A stretch of DNA of 64,000 nt from Candidatus Calditenuis fumarioli (GTDB taxonomy: Archaea; Thermoproteota; Nitrososphaeria_A; Caldarchaeales; Calditenuaceae): positions 416,001 to 480,000 of the forward strand of contig JANVYR010000001.1 in assembly GCA_030059665.1 (NCBI GenBank). The letters are read 5' to 3'. This document shows, one piece after another, positions 27,151-36,128 of the stretch. Positions within the stretch are counted from its first letter, which is position 1. Every line of letters starts with the position of its first letter. A program made the position numbers and the translations under genes. Under the pieces are notes generated by a model, which worked only from the letters and a program-made list of their open reading frames with translations, was not told the origin of the DNA and ran no database searches.

Positions 27151-28304
27151 GCCGCATCACCTGTCCTGAGGAAGGCGAGCGTCCCCGAATCGGATATCTC
27201 CGAGTGGAGGGACCCCACTATCGCGGCCCTCGCTCCCCTCACCTGGACCCTGCCGGCCTCGCCCCTGAGCTGCCTGACCGCGCCGACGAAGGCCCTCGCG
27301 CCGGAGGAGTTGAGGGAGTTCCCGTTCCCGATGCACCCACCCGAGGGATTGAGGGGGAGGGTCGATCCGGGATCGAGCTCGCCGGCCCTAAGCATCCTGA
27401 CGGCCTCTCCATCCGAGCCGAGCATGGCGGAGAGGAACTGGAGCTCCTGGTGCGCGGAGAACTCGGTGAACTCGATGAGGTCCACGGCCCTGATCGGGTT
27501 GGTGCCGATCGCGCTCCTCACCCGGTCCAGCGCAGCTCCGACCCACTCCATCTTGCCCCAGCTCCTCATCCACTGATGCGCCGCAGAGGTGGTTCCCGAG
27601 CTCCAGACCATGGCGAGCTCCACCGCCCGGTCAGAGCGTCTCCCCCACTTCTCGGTTCCGAGCACGACCACCGCGACGTAGTCCGAGAAACGGGCGACGT
27701 GCCTCCGCCTAAGCGGCTCGTAAAGGAACGGGTCCTCCTCCAGCTGCTCTGCGGTCACCTCCTCACCGTAGGGGCCTCCGGAGAGCGCCGCGTTCCTCGA
27801 GTTCTTCGCCGCGACGGAGGAGAGGTCGTGGGTTGTGCATCCGGAAGACCTAAGGAAGGCCCTCGCGTCAAGTCCCAACAGGACGTAGGGGTCGGCGAGG
27901 AGGGGCCTGAGGCAGTGCGGGTCGAGTGAAGACCTCAGCACGTCGTTGTAGTTCTCGATCTCTGATGGCCTGGCGTGGGACTCGACCACCGCGAGCTCCA
28001 TCATCCCCGACCTCAGGGCCATGTACGCGTGGAAGAGGGCCTCGAGGAAGTCGCCAGCCACGAGCATGTTGAACTTCAGCCTCGTCCCTACCTGATCGGG
28101 AGTGTATTCATCCGCAATCGATATCCCTTCGACGAAGTCCTGCTCGGCGGAGAAGAGGCCCTCGACCTCATCCGGCTCGACGCCCGCGTCAGCGTAGGCC
28201 CTGACCGCAGCCTCGAAGGTCGCCTCCCTGAAGTCGAGCTCCCTCATCGAAGTCGAGGGAGGAAGTCCCCCCACCCCGAGAACGTATACCTTGTTGAACC
28301 CCAT
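27147..28304 (-). CDS. Thiolase-fold protein B (degenerate)
   Basis: Thiolase fold without recognisable catalytic residues (LVAGDF, TEFS, NPSGGCIGNGN). Confidence 0.8.
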   Translation of the reverse strand: MGFNKVYVLGVGGLPPSTSMRELDFREATFEAAVRAYADAGVEPDEVEGLFSAEQDFVEGISIADEYTPDQVGTRLKFNMLVAGDFLEALFHAYMALRSGMMELAVVESHARPSEIENYNDVLRSSLDPHCLRPLLADPYVLLGLDARAFLRSSGCTTHDLSSVAAKNSRNAALSGGPYGEEVTAEQLEEDPFLYEPLRRRHVARFSDYVAVVVLGTEKWGRRSDRAVELAMVWSSGTTSAAHQWMRSWGKMEWVGAALDRVRSAIGTNPIRAVDLIEFTEFSAHQELQFLSAMLGSDGEAVRMLRAGELDPGSTLPLNPSGGCIGNGNSLNSSGARAFVGAVRQLRGEAGRVQVRGARAAIVGSLHSEISDSGTLAFLRTGDAA

Positions 28305-28482
28305 TGCAACTTCTCTTAGCGTCTATCGATTAAAAGTTTGTGCGGTGTCCGCGTGCTGTAACGCGTCTCATCTCACGGCGTTCCGCTCTCCTCCGAAACC
28401 CCATTCCAGTAGGTGAGGGTTGACGGCCCGATTTCCATCGGACGGTTTTCGAGGGACACAAGGTGATGCAAGGAATCGTCGC

Positions 28483-29652
28483 TCAGTAGGACTTCGGCAG
28501 ACCCAGGACGTGGGTCCCGATGTAGCCGAGGATGAGCTCGTTGGTGACCGGCGCGGTCTTGAAGAGGCGCAGGATCGGGTAGAGCGTGATCAGGTCGGTC
28601 CCGAGCTCGAAGGCGTAGCCCCCGAACGCCTGCATGGCGACGTCCAGAGCCTCAAGCCCTGCCTCCGACGCGAGCAGCTTGGCAGCGTTGGCCAGCTCCA
28701 GTCCCTTGCCTGACCGGTCGTGGAGCGCCGCGGCGGCGTAGACCATCGAACGGGCCGCCTCGAGGTGGGCGAAGGCCCTCGCCATCGGGAACTGCAGGCC
28801 CTGGTGCGAGCCGATCGGGACGTCGAAGACCCTCCTAGTCTTCGCGTACTCGACGGCCTTGCTCAGGGCGAAATCGCCCAGACCAACGGAGATCGCGGCG
28901 ATCATCAGCCTCTCGACGTTCAACCCCTCGAACAACGTCCTGTAACCCTCCCCCTCCCTCCCTATCAGCTGGTCGCTCGATGCCCTGACCGAGTCGAGGT
29001 AGACCGCGTACTGCCACTCGGGCCCTTTCATGTCTATGTCGAGGGGCTCCATCCTGATGCCGGGGTCCGAGGTCTCAAGGACGAAAAGGGAGATCCCGTA
29101 CCTCTTGTCGCCCACCTCGTCGTACCTCTTCGTCCTCGCCACGAGCAGCATGTAGTCCGACTCCCTCGCGCCGCTGATGAAGACCTTCTGGCCGGTGATG
29201 ACGTAGCCGTCGCCGTCCCTCCTCGCCAGCGTCGAGATCCGCCAGGTGTTCGAGCCGGCCTCAGGCTCTGTCAGGGCGAAGCTCATGCGCCTCCCCTCCG
29301 TGCACGTCGGCGTGACGAAACGCCTGATCTGCTCCTCCGTCCCAGCGGAGAGGACGATGTGCCTGCTGAAGTGGGTGACGAGGAACTGCAGCACCGGCAA
29401 ACCCTCCAGCGCCAGCGCCTCCTGCGTCAGCACCGCGCCCCTCAGCCCGAACCCCGATCCGCCGTACCTCTCCGGGACGCCAACCCCTGTCAGGCCCTGC
29501 CTCCTCATCTCCTCCCAGAGCTCATCCGGCGGCTCCCTCCTCCTCCACTTCTCGAGCCAGTAGGACCTCCCGAAAACCCTCGCGACCGACCTGGCGGTCT
29601 TCAGCAGAAGGCCCTCCTCATCGGTGAGCGTCTCGTGCAGCGGTATCCGCAA
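28483..29652 (-). CDS. Acyl-CoA dehydrogenase (IVD/LCAD-type catalytic Glu position)
   Basis: FALTEPEAGS, GQKVFIS, LNVERL, RRVFDVPIGSHQ and QAFGGY motifs. Confidence 0.92.
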   Translation of the reverse strand: MRIPLHETLTDEEGLLLKTARSVARVFGRSYWLEKWRRREPPDELWEEMRRQGLTGVGVPERYGGSGFGLRGAVLTQEALALEGLPVLQFLVTHFSRHIVLSAGTEEQIRRFVTPTCTEGRRMSFALTEPEAGSNTWRISTLARRDGDGYVITGQKVFISGARESDYMLLVARTKRYDEVGDKRYGISLFVLETSDPGIRMEPLDIDMKGPEWQYAVYLDSVRASSDQLIGREGEGYRTLFEGLNVERLMIAAISVGLGDFALSKAVEYAKTRRVFDVPIGSHQGLQFPMARAFAHLEAARSMVYAAAALHDRSGKGLELANAAKLLASEAGLEALDVAMQAFGGYAFELGTDLITLYPILRLFKTAPVTNELILGYIGTHVLGLPKSY

Positions 29653-29671
29653 ACTTCGACTCCCCCTTTGA

Positions 29672-30646
29672 TCAGTGGGCGGCCGACTTCCTTATCGCGT
29701 TTGCTATCCGGTCCTTGTTGGGGAGGTACAGGTGCTCGTGGACCAGAGGGTAGGGCGTGTCGTAACCGGTCACCCTCAGTATGGGCGCCTCGAGGCTGTA
29801 GATCTCCCGTTCCGCGATGGTGGCGGCGATCTCCGCGCCGAACCCTGACGTCTTCTGGGCCTCGTGGACGATCACCGGCCTCCCGGTCTTCCTGACCGAC
29901 CTCGAGATCGCCTCCCAGTCGTAGGGTATCAGGCTCCTCAGGTCTATCACCTCAACGGATATCCCCTCCTTCTCGACCTCCTCCGCGGCAGCGACCGCGT
30001 CGTAGACCGTGGCCCCGTAGGTGATCACCGTGACGTCACTGCCCTCCCTGACCAGCCTCGCCTTCCCTATCGGGACGGTGTATTCCCCATCCGGTACGTC
30101 CTCCTTCAGCGAGTGGTAGAGCCTCTTCGGCTCGAAGAAGATCACGGGGTCGTCGTCGCGTATCGCGGAGATCAGCAGCCCCTTTGCGTCGGAGGGGGTG
30201 GAGGGAACGACGACCTTCAGCCCTGCCGTGTTGGTGAAGTAGGACTCCGGGCTCTGGGAGTGGTACATCCCTCCCCTGACGCCTCCACCGACGGGAGCCC
30301 TGATCACGAGAGGTGCAGCGTAGTGGCCCGCGTTCCGGTACCTGAACTTGGCGACGTTCGAGACCAGCTGCTCGAAGCCCCCGAAGATGAAGTCGGAGAA
30401 CTGGATCTCGGCCACCGGCCTCATCCCGTTCGCAGCCAACCCGAGGGCGACGCCGATTATCGCGGACTCCGAGAGGGGAGTGTCCATGACGCGCTTGGGC
30501 CCGAACTCGACGAGGAGGCCCTCCGTGCAACGGAAGACGCCGCCGTTGACGCCCACGTCCTCGCCCAGCACAACGACCCTCTCGTCCCGCCTCATCTCGT
30601 ATCTGAGGGCCTCGTTTATCGCCTTCGCGAAGGTCAGGACCGTCAT
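29672..30646 (-). CDS. 2-oxoacid dehydrogenase E1 beta subunit
   Basis: LGEDVG..GGVFR, DTPLSE, EIQFSDF, HSQSPE and FFEPK motifs. Confidence 0.93.
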   Translation of the reverse strand: MTVLTFAKAINEALRYEMRRDERVVVLGEDVGVNGGVFRCTEGLLVEFGPKRVMDTPLSESAIIGVALGLAANGMRPVAEIQFSDFIFGGFEQLVSNVAKFRYRNAGHYAAPLVIRAPVGGGVRGGMYHSQSPESYFTNTAGLKVVVPSTPSDAKGLLISAIRDDDPVIFFEPKRLYHSLKEDVPDGEYTVPIGKARLVREGSDVTVITYGATVYDAVAAAEEVEKEGISVEVIDLRSLIPYDWEAISRSVRKTGRPVIVHEAQKTSGFGAEIAATIAEREIYSLEAPILRVTGYDTPYPLVHEHLYLPNKDRIANAIRKSAAH

Positions 30647-31737
30647 CCGCGCATCACCCTCTCCATCCTGAGCTGCTGCCGAAACTCCTCCATCTGCTCC
30701 CTCAGCTGCGGCGTCGGCTCCGCGTAGACGTCCTCGAAGATCACCATCGGGTCGAGTCCGGGCTTGGCGAGCGCCTTCTCTACCTCCGCGGAGACAAGCG
30801 CCTCCACCTCCGCCCAGAGCGCCTTGTCTTCCTCCTCCCCCATCACGTTCTTGGAGATCAGGTAGGACCTCATCCTCTCGATCGGATCCCTCTCCATCCA
30901 GTACCTGACCTCCTCCTCGGACCTGTACCTCTTCGGGTCGTCGCTGGTGGTGTGGGCACCGAGCCTGTACGTCACCGCCTCTATCAGCACCGGATCGCCG
31001 CCTTCCCTGACCTCCTCGAAGACGGACCTCGAGACGAGGTACATCGCGATCGCGTCGTTGCCGTCAACCCGGTATCCGCTGAGGCCGTAGGCTATCGCCT
31101 TCTGAGCTATGGTCGCTGCGCCCGTCTGCCTGCTGACGTGCGTCGAGATCGCGTACTGGTTGTTCAGGCAGATGAAGACGATGGGAGGCTTGTAGACGCT
31201 GGCGAAGTTGATCCCCTCGTGGAAGTCTCCCTTCGAGGTCGCACCGTCGCCGAAGTAGGTGACCGCGAGCCTCCGCTCTCCCCTGATCTTGAAGGCAAGC
31301 GCGTATCCCACCGCTACGGGTATCTGCGTAGCGACGGGCGTCGGAGCGGGGACGATGTTGAACCTGCTGTCGCCGAAGACGGCGAACTCGTGGCCCTTCA
31401 GCGGATCGTCGACCGTGTTCAGCTGCCTGTCCAGTATCTCCGAGATCGGTACTCCCCTGGTCAGGTAAACTCCCAGCTCCCTGTAGGACGGGAAGACCAC
31501 GTCCTCGGGCCGCAGCGCCAGAGCGGAACCGACCATCGCCGCCTCCTCGCCCAACGACTCGGCGTAGAGGGCAACCTTTCCCATCCTCTGTAATCGGAGG
31601 AGGTACCTGTCGAGGGCCCTCGTGAGCACGAGCAACCTGTACATCCTCATCAGGAGCTCCCTCTCGAGTCCGAGGTCCTCCGGGTCCGGGGGCCTTCTCT
31701 TACCCAGAATTGTAATGAATTCCCACCACCCCCTCAA
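30643..31737 (-). CDS. 2-oxoacid dehydrogenase E1 alpha subunit (branched-chain/pyruvate type)
   Basis: PSYRELG, TPP motif [22 protein letters not shown] and HTTSDDP. TTG at 31737 gives 364 aa. Confidence 0.92.
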   Translation of the reverse strand: MRGWWEFITILGKRRPPDPEDLGLERELLMRMYRLLVLTRALDRYLLRLQRMGKVALYAESLGEEAAMVGSALALRPEDVVFPSYRELGVYLTRGVPISEILDRQLNTVDDPLKGHEFAVFGDSRFNIVPAPTPVATQIPVAVGYALAFKIRGERRLAVTYFGDGATSKGDFHEGINFASVYKPPIVFICLNNQYAISTHVSRQTGAATIAQKAIAYGLSGYRVDGNDAIAMYLVSRSVFEEVREGGDPVLIEAVTYRLGAHTTSDDPKRYRSEEEVRYWMERDPIERMRSYLISKNVMGEEEDKALWAEVEALVSAEVEKALAKPGLDPMVIFEDVYAEPTPQLREQMEEFRQQLRMERVMRG

Positions 31738-31936
31738 TCCGTAAAATGCGAATTCCCAGAGATAACCCTTCTCCCGTGAACAGTTGTCGTGTAAGGAAAT
31801 GGTGGCTGGTACGATCGTACAAGCGTTTTCCTTCGGGCTGAAATCCGCGTAACGGGAATACGGGGATATTGCGCGAAGCTGGCCGGATCCGGTGCACCGG
31901 CAGACGCTAATAGCCGTCGGACGGGCCCGGGGTGCG

Positions 31937-32677
31937 ATGCTGCTCGACAGGCTGAGACCCGGGAGGGGGGACAGGAAGATAGCGTCGCTTGAGGTCAAGC
32001 TCAACCGCTCCCTCACCGCGGTCAGCGCCAGCATCACTCGGCTGAGCAAGAAGTACTCCGAGCTGGAGCTGAAGGGGAAGGAGCTGTTCGATCGGTGCGT
32101 CGAGGCCCTCTCGTCCGGTGACGAGGAGCACGCCAGGATCTACGCCGACGAGATCATCGCGTTGAGGAGGCTCGCGAAGATCATCATGAGCAAGCTGATA
32201 CTGCTGGAGCAGGTCAAGGTCCGGCTTGAGACCGTGATGGAGCTGACGGAGGTGCTGGGCCTCCTCTCGTCCCTGAGGGGGGTGGTTCAGGTCGTCGCGA
32301 GGGAGCTCAGCTCGGTTACCCCTGAGGTCTCGGTGGCTCTGAACCAGCTCTCCGAGGACCTCGAGTCGCTGGTCACCACTACGTCCGCCGCGGTCCCCTC
32401 GCCCGCGCCCCAGCAGATGACGCTCGACGGCGAGGCGGAGGAGGTGCTGGAGATGGCCAAAAAGCTCGCGGCGGAGAGGGTGAGGATGTCGTTCCCGGAG
32501 GTTCCGGTGATGTCCGACAGGGAGAGGGCCGTTTACGAGCTGGTGACCTCTGCAGGTGACTCCCAGGCGCTGGACATAGAGGAGCTCTCGAAGGTCCTCG
32601 GTCTCAGCGTTGAGGAGGTCGAGGAGGTCCTGGAATCTCTTGCGAACAAGGGGTTGATCGAGGTCTCCTATGCGTGA
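31937..32677 (+). CDS. cdvB: ESCRT-III-like cell division protein CdvB
   Basis: Snf7-like helical core (ARIYADEI..LRR), MIM2-like RMSFPEVP and C-terminal winged helix. Confidence 0.82.
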   Translation: MLLDRLRPGRGDRKIASLEVKLNRSLTAVSASITRLSKKYSELELKGKELFDRCVEALSSGDEEHARIYADEIIALRRLAKIIMSKLILLEQVKVRLETVMELTEVLGLLSSLRGVVQVVARELSSVTPEVSVALNQLSEDLESLVTTTSAAVPSPAPQQMTLDGEAEEVLEMAKKLAAERVRMSFPEVPVMSDRERAVYELVTSAGDSQALDIEELSKVLGLSVEEVEEVLESLANKGLIEVSYA

Positions 32678-32680
32678 ACG

Positions 32681-33796
32681 TCAGGGCGCGCCGAATCGGG
32701 CGTTCCACTCCTCGAACATCCTCACGCTCTCCCTGCTGATGGAGGGTCTCCTTCTACCCATTGCCCTCCTGATGTCGGCCATCGTTATCTCCGGCGGCTC
32801 CTCCAGCCCCTCCTCGAACATCTTCTTCACCGCCTCAAGTTGGGCGTCGAGGCAGACCGAGAAGATGTCGTGCGGCGAGTAGCCCTCCATCTCCTCCGCC
32901 AGACGATTGAGGTCCAGGTCCCTCGAGGTCCTCAGCTTCGAGAGGTAGTGCTCCAGGATCCTGCGCCGCTCCTCGAGGCCCGGCGGCGGTATGTAGATCC
33001 GCTTCTGGAACCTCCGTATGAAGGGCTCGTCCAGGAGCCACGGTTTGTTGGTCGCAGCCATCAGGAAGAGGAAGGACCTGTTGAACTTCGTGAGGATTCC
33101 GTCCATCTCCGAGAGGAGCTGGTTCCTCACCCTCGCCTCTCCCCCCACCTCGACCTGGCGGTGGACCGTCAGCCAATCGACCTCGTCGATGAAGACTATC
33201 ACCGGCTTCCCCGACACGGCCTCGCTCCTGGCGGTGCTGAAGACGCGCTGGAGGTTCTTCTCGCTCTCGCCGAGCCACTTGGACATGATCTTCGCAGCAT
33301 CGATCACGTGGAGCTTCGCGTCCGCCTCGTTGGCCGTCGCAGCCACCATCAGCGTCTTCCCGCAACCCGGAGGCCCGAACAGGAGTATCCCGGTCGGCCA
33401 TCCGAGGGGGTAGAGGTCCGGCCTTTTCGAGGGATAGATTATGCTCTGACGGAGGGATTCCTTGACCGACTCGAGCCCGACGACGTCGTCCCAGCGAACC
33501 GGTGGTCTCGAGTCGAGAAACGCCGGCAACGCGTTCGATTTCTCCTTGGCCTCTGGCTCTTCCTGCGTAGCTCGGGCCTCGCCGTCCTCCTGGAGCTCCT
33601 TCAGGCGTCTGGTGTAGGCCGCTATCCGCTCCCTGTAGACCTCCCGGTTGACGGGGCTGTCGCTCAGCTCCACCAGCTTGACCAGGAGACCGATCACCTC
33701 CCTGTACGCCTTTATGGCCTCGGCCTTGGACCCTGCCTTGTCCAGCATGATGGCCCTCCTGGCCTTGCTTGCTGCGAGCCGCTCGAGCTCGTTCAT
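32681..33796 (-). CDS. cdvC: Vps4-like AAA ATPase CdvC
   Basis: MIT domain, GPPGCGKT, IMSKWLGESEK, FIDEVD, AATNKPW and RRFQKRIY motifs. Confidence 0.9.
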   Translation of the reverse strand: MNELERLAASKARRAIMLDKAGSKAEAIKAYREVIGLLVKLVELSDSPVNREVYRERIAAYTRRLKELQEDGEARATQEEPEAKEKSNALPAFLDSRPPVRWDDVVGLESVKESLRQSIIYPSKRPDLYPLGWPTGILLFGPPGCGKTLMVAATANEADAKLHVIDAAKIMSKWLGESEKNLQRVFSTARSEAVSGKPVIVFIDEVDWLTVHRQVEVGGEARVRNQLLSEMDGILTKFNRSFLFLMAATNKPWLLDEPFIRRFQKRIYIPPPGLEERRRILEHYLSKLRTSRDLDLNRLAEEMEGYSPHDIFSVCLDAQLEAVKKMFEEGLEEPPEITMADIRRAMGRRRPSISRESVRMFEEWNARFGAP

Positions 33797-33905
33797 CGGT
33801 CTGGGATCTGAGAGGCCTCAAATGATCAGTGTGTCAACGCAGGCGCGTTCTGTAATGAGCAGGGTATTACCAAGAACCTCGTGAGGGATCACCGCTGCGC
33901 TCTCC

Positions 33906-34301
33906 TCAGGTCTCCTGCTCCTCGAACTGTTTGCCCATGTGGGCGTAGATCGCCAGCTTGAGGACCTTGAGGCTGAGCGTGGCGCACTTGACCCTGACTG
34001 GACTCAGCTGAACTCCGAGCATCTCGATGACGTCGTCCCTCCCCAGCTTCCTCGCGTCCTCCAAGCTCATCCCCTTGATCCGCTCGGTCAGCATCGAAGC
34101 GGATGCCTGGCTGATCGCACACCCCTTTCCCTTGAACCGGACGTCGACGATCCGGTCGCCCTCGATCTTCAGGTGCATCTCCACCACGTCGCCGCAAAGG
34201 GGGTTCGAGTCCTTCGCCCTGACCGTAGCGTCCGGGAGGTCGCCGTAGTTCCTGGGGTTCCTGTAGTGATCGAGGATGATCTCGATCTCCGGTGACGTCA
34301 C
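33906..34301 (-). CDS. IscU/SufU-type Fe-S scaffold protein
   Basis: HYRNPRN, NPLCGD, GCAISQASAS and RVKCA motifs. Confidence 0.9.
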   Translation of the reverse strand: MTSPEIEIILDHYRNPRNYGDLPDATVRAKDSNPLCGDVVEMHLKIEGDRIVDVRFKGKGCAISQASASMLTERIKGMSLEDARKLGRDDVIEMLGVQLSPVRVKCATLSLKVLKLAIYAHMGKQFEEQET

Positions 34302-34365
34302 GTGATCACTGTGACCGGCCCGTCGATAAAGCTGTTTCCCGGGAACGCGGCTGGTTGGGGAAGGC

Positions 34366-35922
34366 TCACCTCTTCGGCGAGACCTCGAGCTCGAGATCGA
34401 ACTGCTGGCAGATCTTGTGGACCCTCCTCTGCAGCTTCTTCACGTAAACCCTCATCTGCTCCGGAGGTATCTCGAGCCTCACCGTGCCACCCGAGACCCT
34501 CAGGTCGTAGCCCTCGATGTACCTCCCTATGACCCGGTCGAGCAGCGCCCTGACCCTGCTGTCGCCGTGGTCCTCGTGCTCCTCGCCCCCCACCGGAACG
34601 ATGAACGTCCTCTCGCCGAAGACGTACATCTCGTACTCGACCTCTCCGGTGAAGAGGTTCCTGACCTGAATCGTGGGCCTCGCGAGGTCGGCCCTCTTCA
34701 TCCCCCTAGGAACCCGTACCGAGACCTCGAGGACGTAGACCTTCGCCACCTCGCCGGCCTTCATGAAGATGACCGTGTCCACGATCGAGGGGACGACGCC
34801 TATGTCGACCCTGTTCGCAATCCGCTGGATCGCGTCTATCGGCGACGTCGCGTGCACCACTCCCACCATCCCTATGCCCGCGAGCCTCAGATCGATGAAG
34901 AGCTGGAAGTCCTCGTCGTCCCTCATCTCGTCGAAGACCGTGTAGTCGGGCCTGCTGAGTAGCAGGACGTCGTGGAGCTCGCCCTCGCCGGATGCGCTCT
35001 TCGAGTACTGCGTGATCTCGTCTGAGAGCATCAGGTCCCTCGGGCTCTCGATCGTCTTGACCACCTTCCCCAGCGACCTGTAGTGCTCGGCCAGCGCCTG
35101 CGCGAAGGTGGACTTGCCCATGCCTGGACCGCCGGCGATGAGGATGCCCTCGGCCCTGCTGACGAGCCTCTCCCTCAACACGTCGGGCAGCTCGTACTCC
35201 TCCAATCTCTTCCTGACGATCGGCCTGACCACGGTCACCTCGAGCCCGTCGCTCAGCGGCGGCCTGGTAACCACGACCCTGTACTCGCCGTACTGGAGGA
35301 TGAGGGTGTTCTCCCTCTGGACCTCTATGAAGGACGTCCGGGAGAGGTCGTCGTGAACCCTCTGGAGGAGGTCCAGGACGAACAGCTCCAGGCTCTCCCT
35401 CCTCACCGGTTCCTCCGAGATCTCGACGAAGCTCCAATTGCCAGGCGTGCCGACCTTCACTCGCGGCCTGACGCCCTCCTTCAGGTGGAGCGACATCACG
35501 TTCCCCGTGAAGATCCTGTCCAGCTCCCACTCGCCCCTGATCCTCACCCTGATCACGTCCGCACCCAACGCCTCGCAGACCTTCTGCGCAAATGGGTCCG
35601 CGGTGAGGACCGAGGCGCCAGTCCTCAGCGCCAGCTCCGCGAGCGCCTCGAACTGGTCGCCAGCTGACTCATCGCCAATGAGCTCCACCGGTATTCCCCT
35701 CTCGGCGCAGATCCTTCTCAGCCTCGCGAGCTCCCGGACCGCTACGTCGTCGCCCCTCCTCAACCGCTCCCTGATGTCCCTCATGATCCTCCGGTGGATG
35801 AGTATCCTTCCGGAGACCCCGCCTGACTCGACGAATTCGGCTGCCGCACCCGTTATCAGGGACAGCTCGTCCACGATTACGTCCGGCACTTCCTCTCTCT
35901 TCGCGTACTTCGTGCGTTGCAT
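34366..35922 (-). CDS. PIN-domain ATPase with KH domain (PINA-like)
   Basis: MSLHLKEG, GGPGMGKSTFAQALA, LLSRPDYTVFDEMR and DMRLAG-like region; degenerate N-terminal PIN domain. Confidence 0.88.
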   Translation of the reverse strand: MQRTKYAKREEVPDVIVDELSLITGAAAEFVESGGVSGRILIHRRIMRDIRERLRRGDDVAVRELARLRRICAERGIPVELIGDESAGDQFEALAELALRTGASVLTADPFAQKVCEALGADVIRVRIRGEWELDRIFTGNVMSLHLKEGVRPRVKVGTPGNWSFVEISEEPVRRESLELFVLDLLQRVHDDLSRTSFIEVQRENTLILQYGEYRVVVTRPPLSDGLEVTVVRPIVRKRLEEYELPDVLRERLVSRAEGILIAGGPGMGKSTFAQALAEHYRSLGKVVKTIESPRDLMLSDEITQYSKSASGEGELHDVLLLSRPDYTVFDEMRDDEDFQLFIDLRLAGIGMVGVVHATSPIDAIQRIANRVDIGVVPSIVDTVIFMKAGEVAKVYVLEVSVRVPRGMKRADLARPTIQVRNLFTGEVEYEMYVFGERTFIVPVGGEEHEDHGDSRVRALLDRVIGRYIEGYDLRVSGGTVRLEIPPEQMRVYVKKLQRRVHKICQQFDLELEVSPKR

Positions 35923-36014
35923 CTATTCAACATGCGCCCGGCAGGGGTTCCCGGCCCCGGTCTGGCCAAGAAGACTTATAGGTCAACGCCGAGCAGGTCT
36001 TGTCAGGATTGGCC

Positions 36015-36128
36015 ATGATTTCGGTCGCGTCGGTCGACAACGAGTGTCCCCGTTGCCATGCGGACCTCCCCGAGAAGGCACACCGGTGCCCGAGGTGCGG
36101 GCTCTGCGTCACCTGCTCAAGCCAGTGA
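36015..36128 (+). CDS. 37-aa Cys-rich zinc-finger micro-protein
   Basis: Manual translation MISVASVDNECPRCHADLPEKAHRCPRCGLCVTCSSQ; TTATA box at 35976-35980. Confidence 0.6.
   Translation: MISVASVDNECPRCHADLPEKAHRCPRCGLCVTCSSQ

Noticed and set aside
28320-28482. Intergenic region with a GGAA-tetraloop hairpin between the acyl-CoA dehydrogenase and thiolase genes
   Set aside because: The stem is about 7 bp with no guide-RNA boxes; it is adequately explained as terminator plus promoter (TTTTAAT).
31738-32049. N-terminal 104-residue extension of the E1 alpha ORF
   Set aside because: It runs through promoter DNA and antisense into cdvB; TTG 31737 gives a normal-sized protein.
33797-33905. ATGATCA / ATGAGCA C-box-like words upstream of cdvC
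   Set aside because: There are no properly spaced D or D' boxes.
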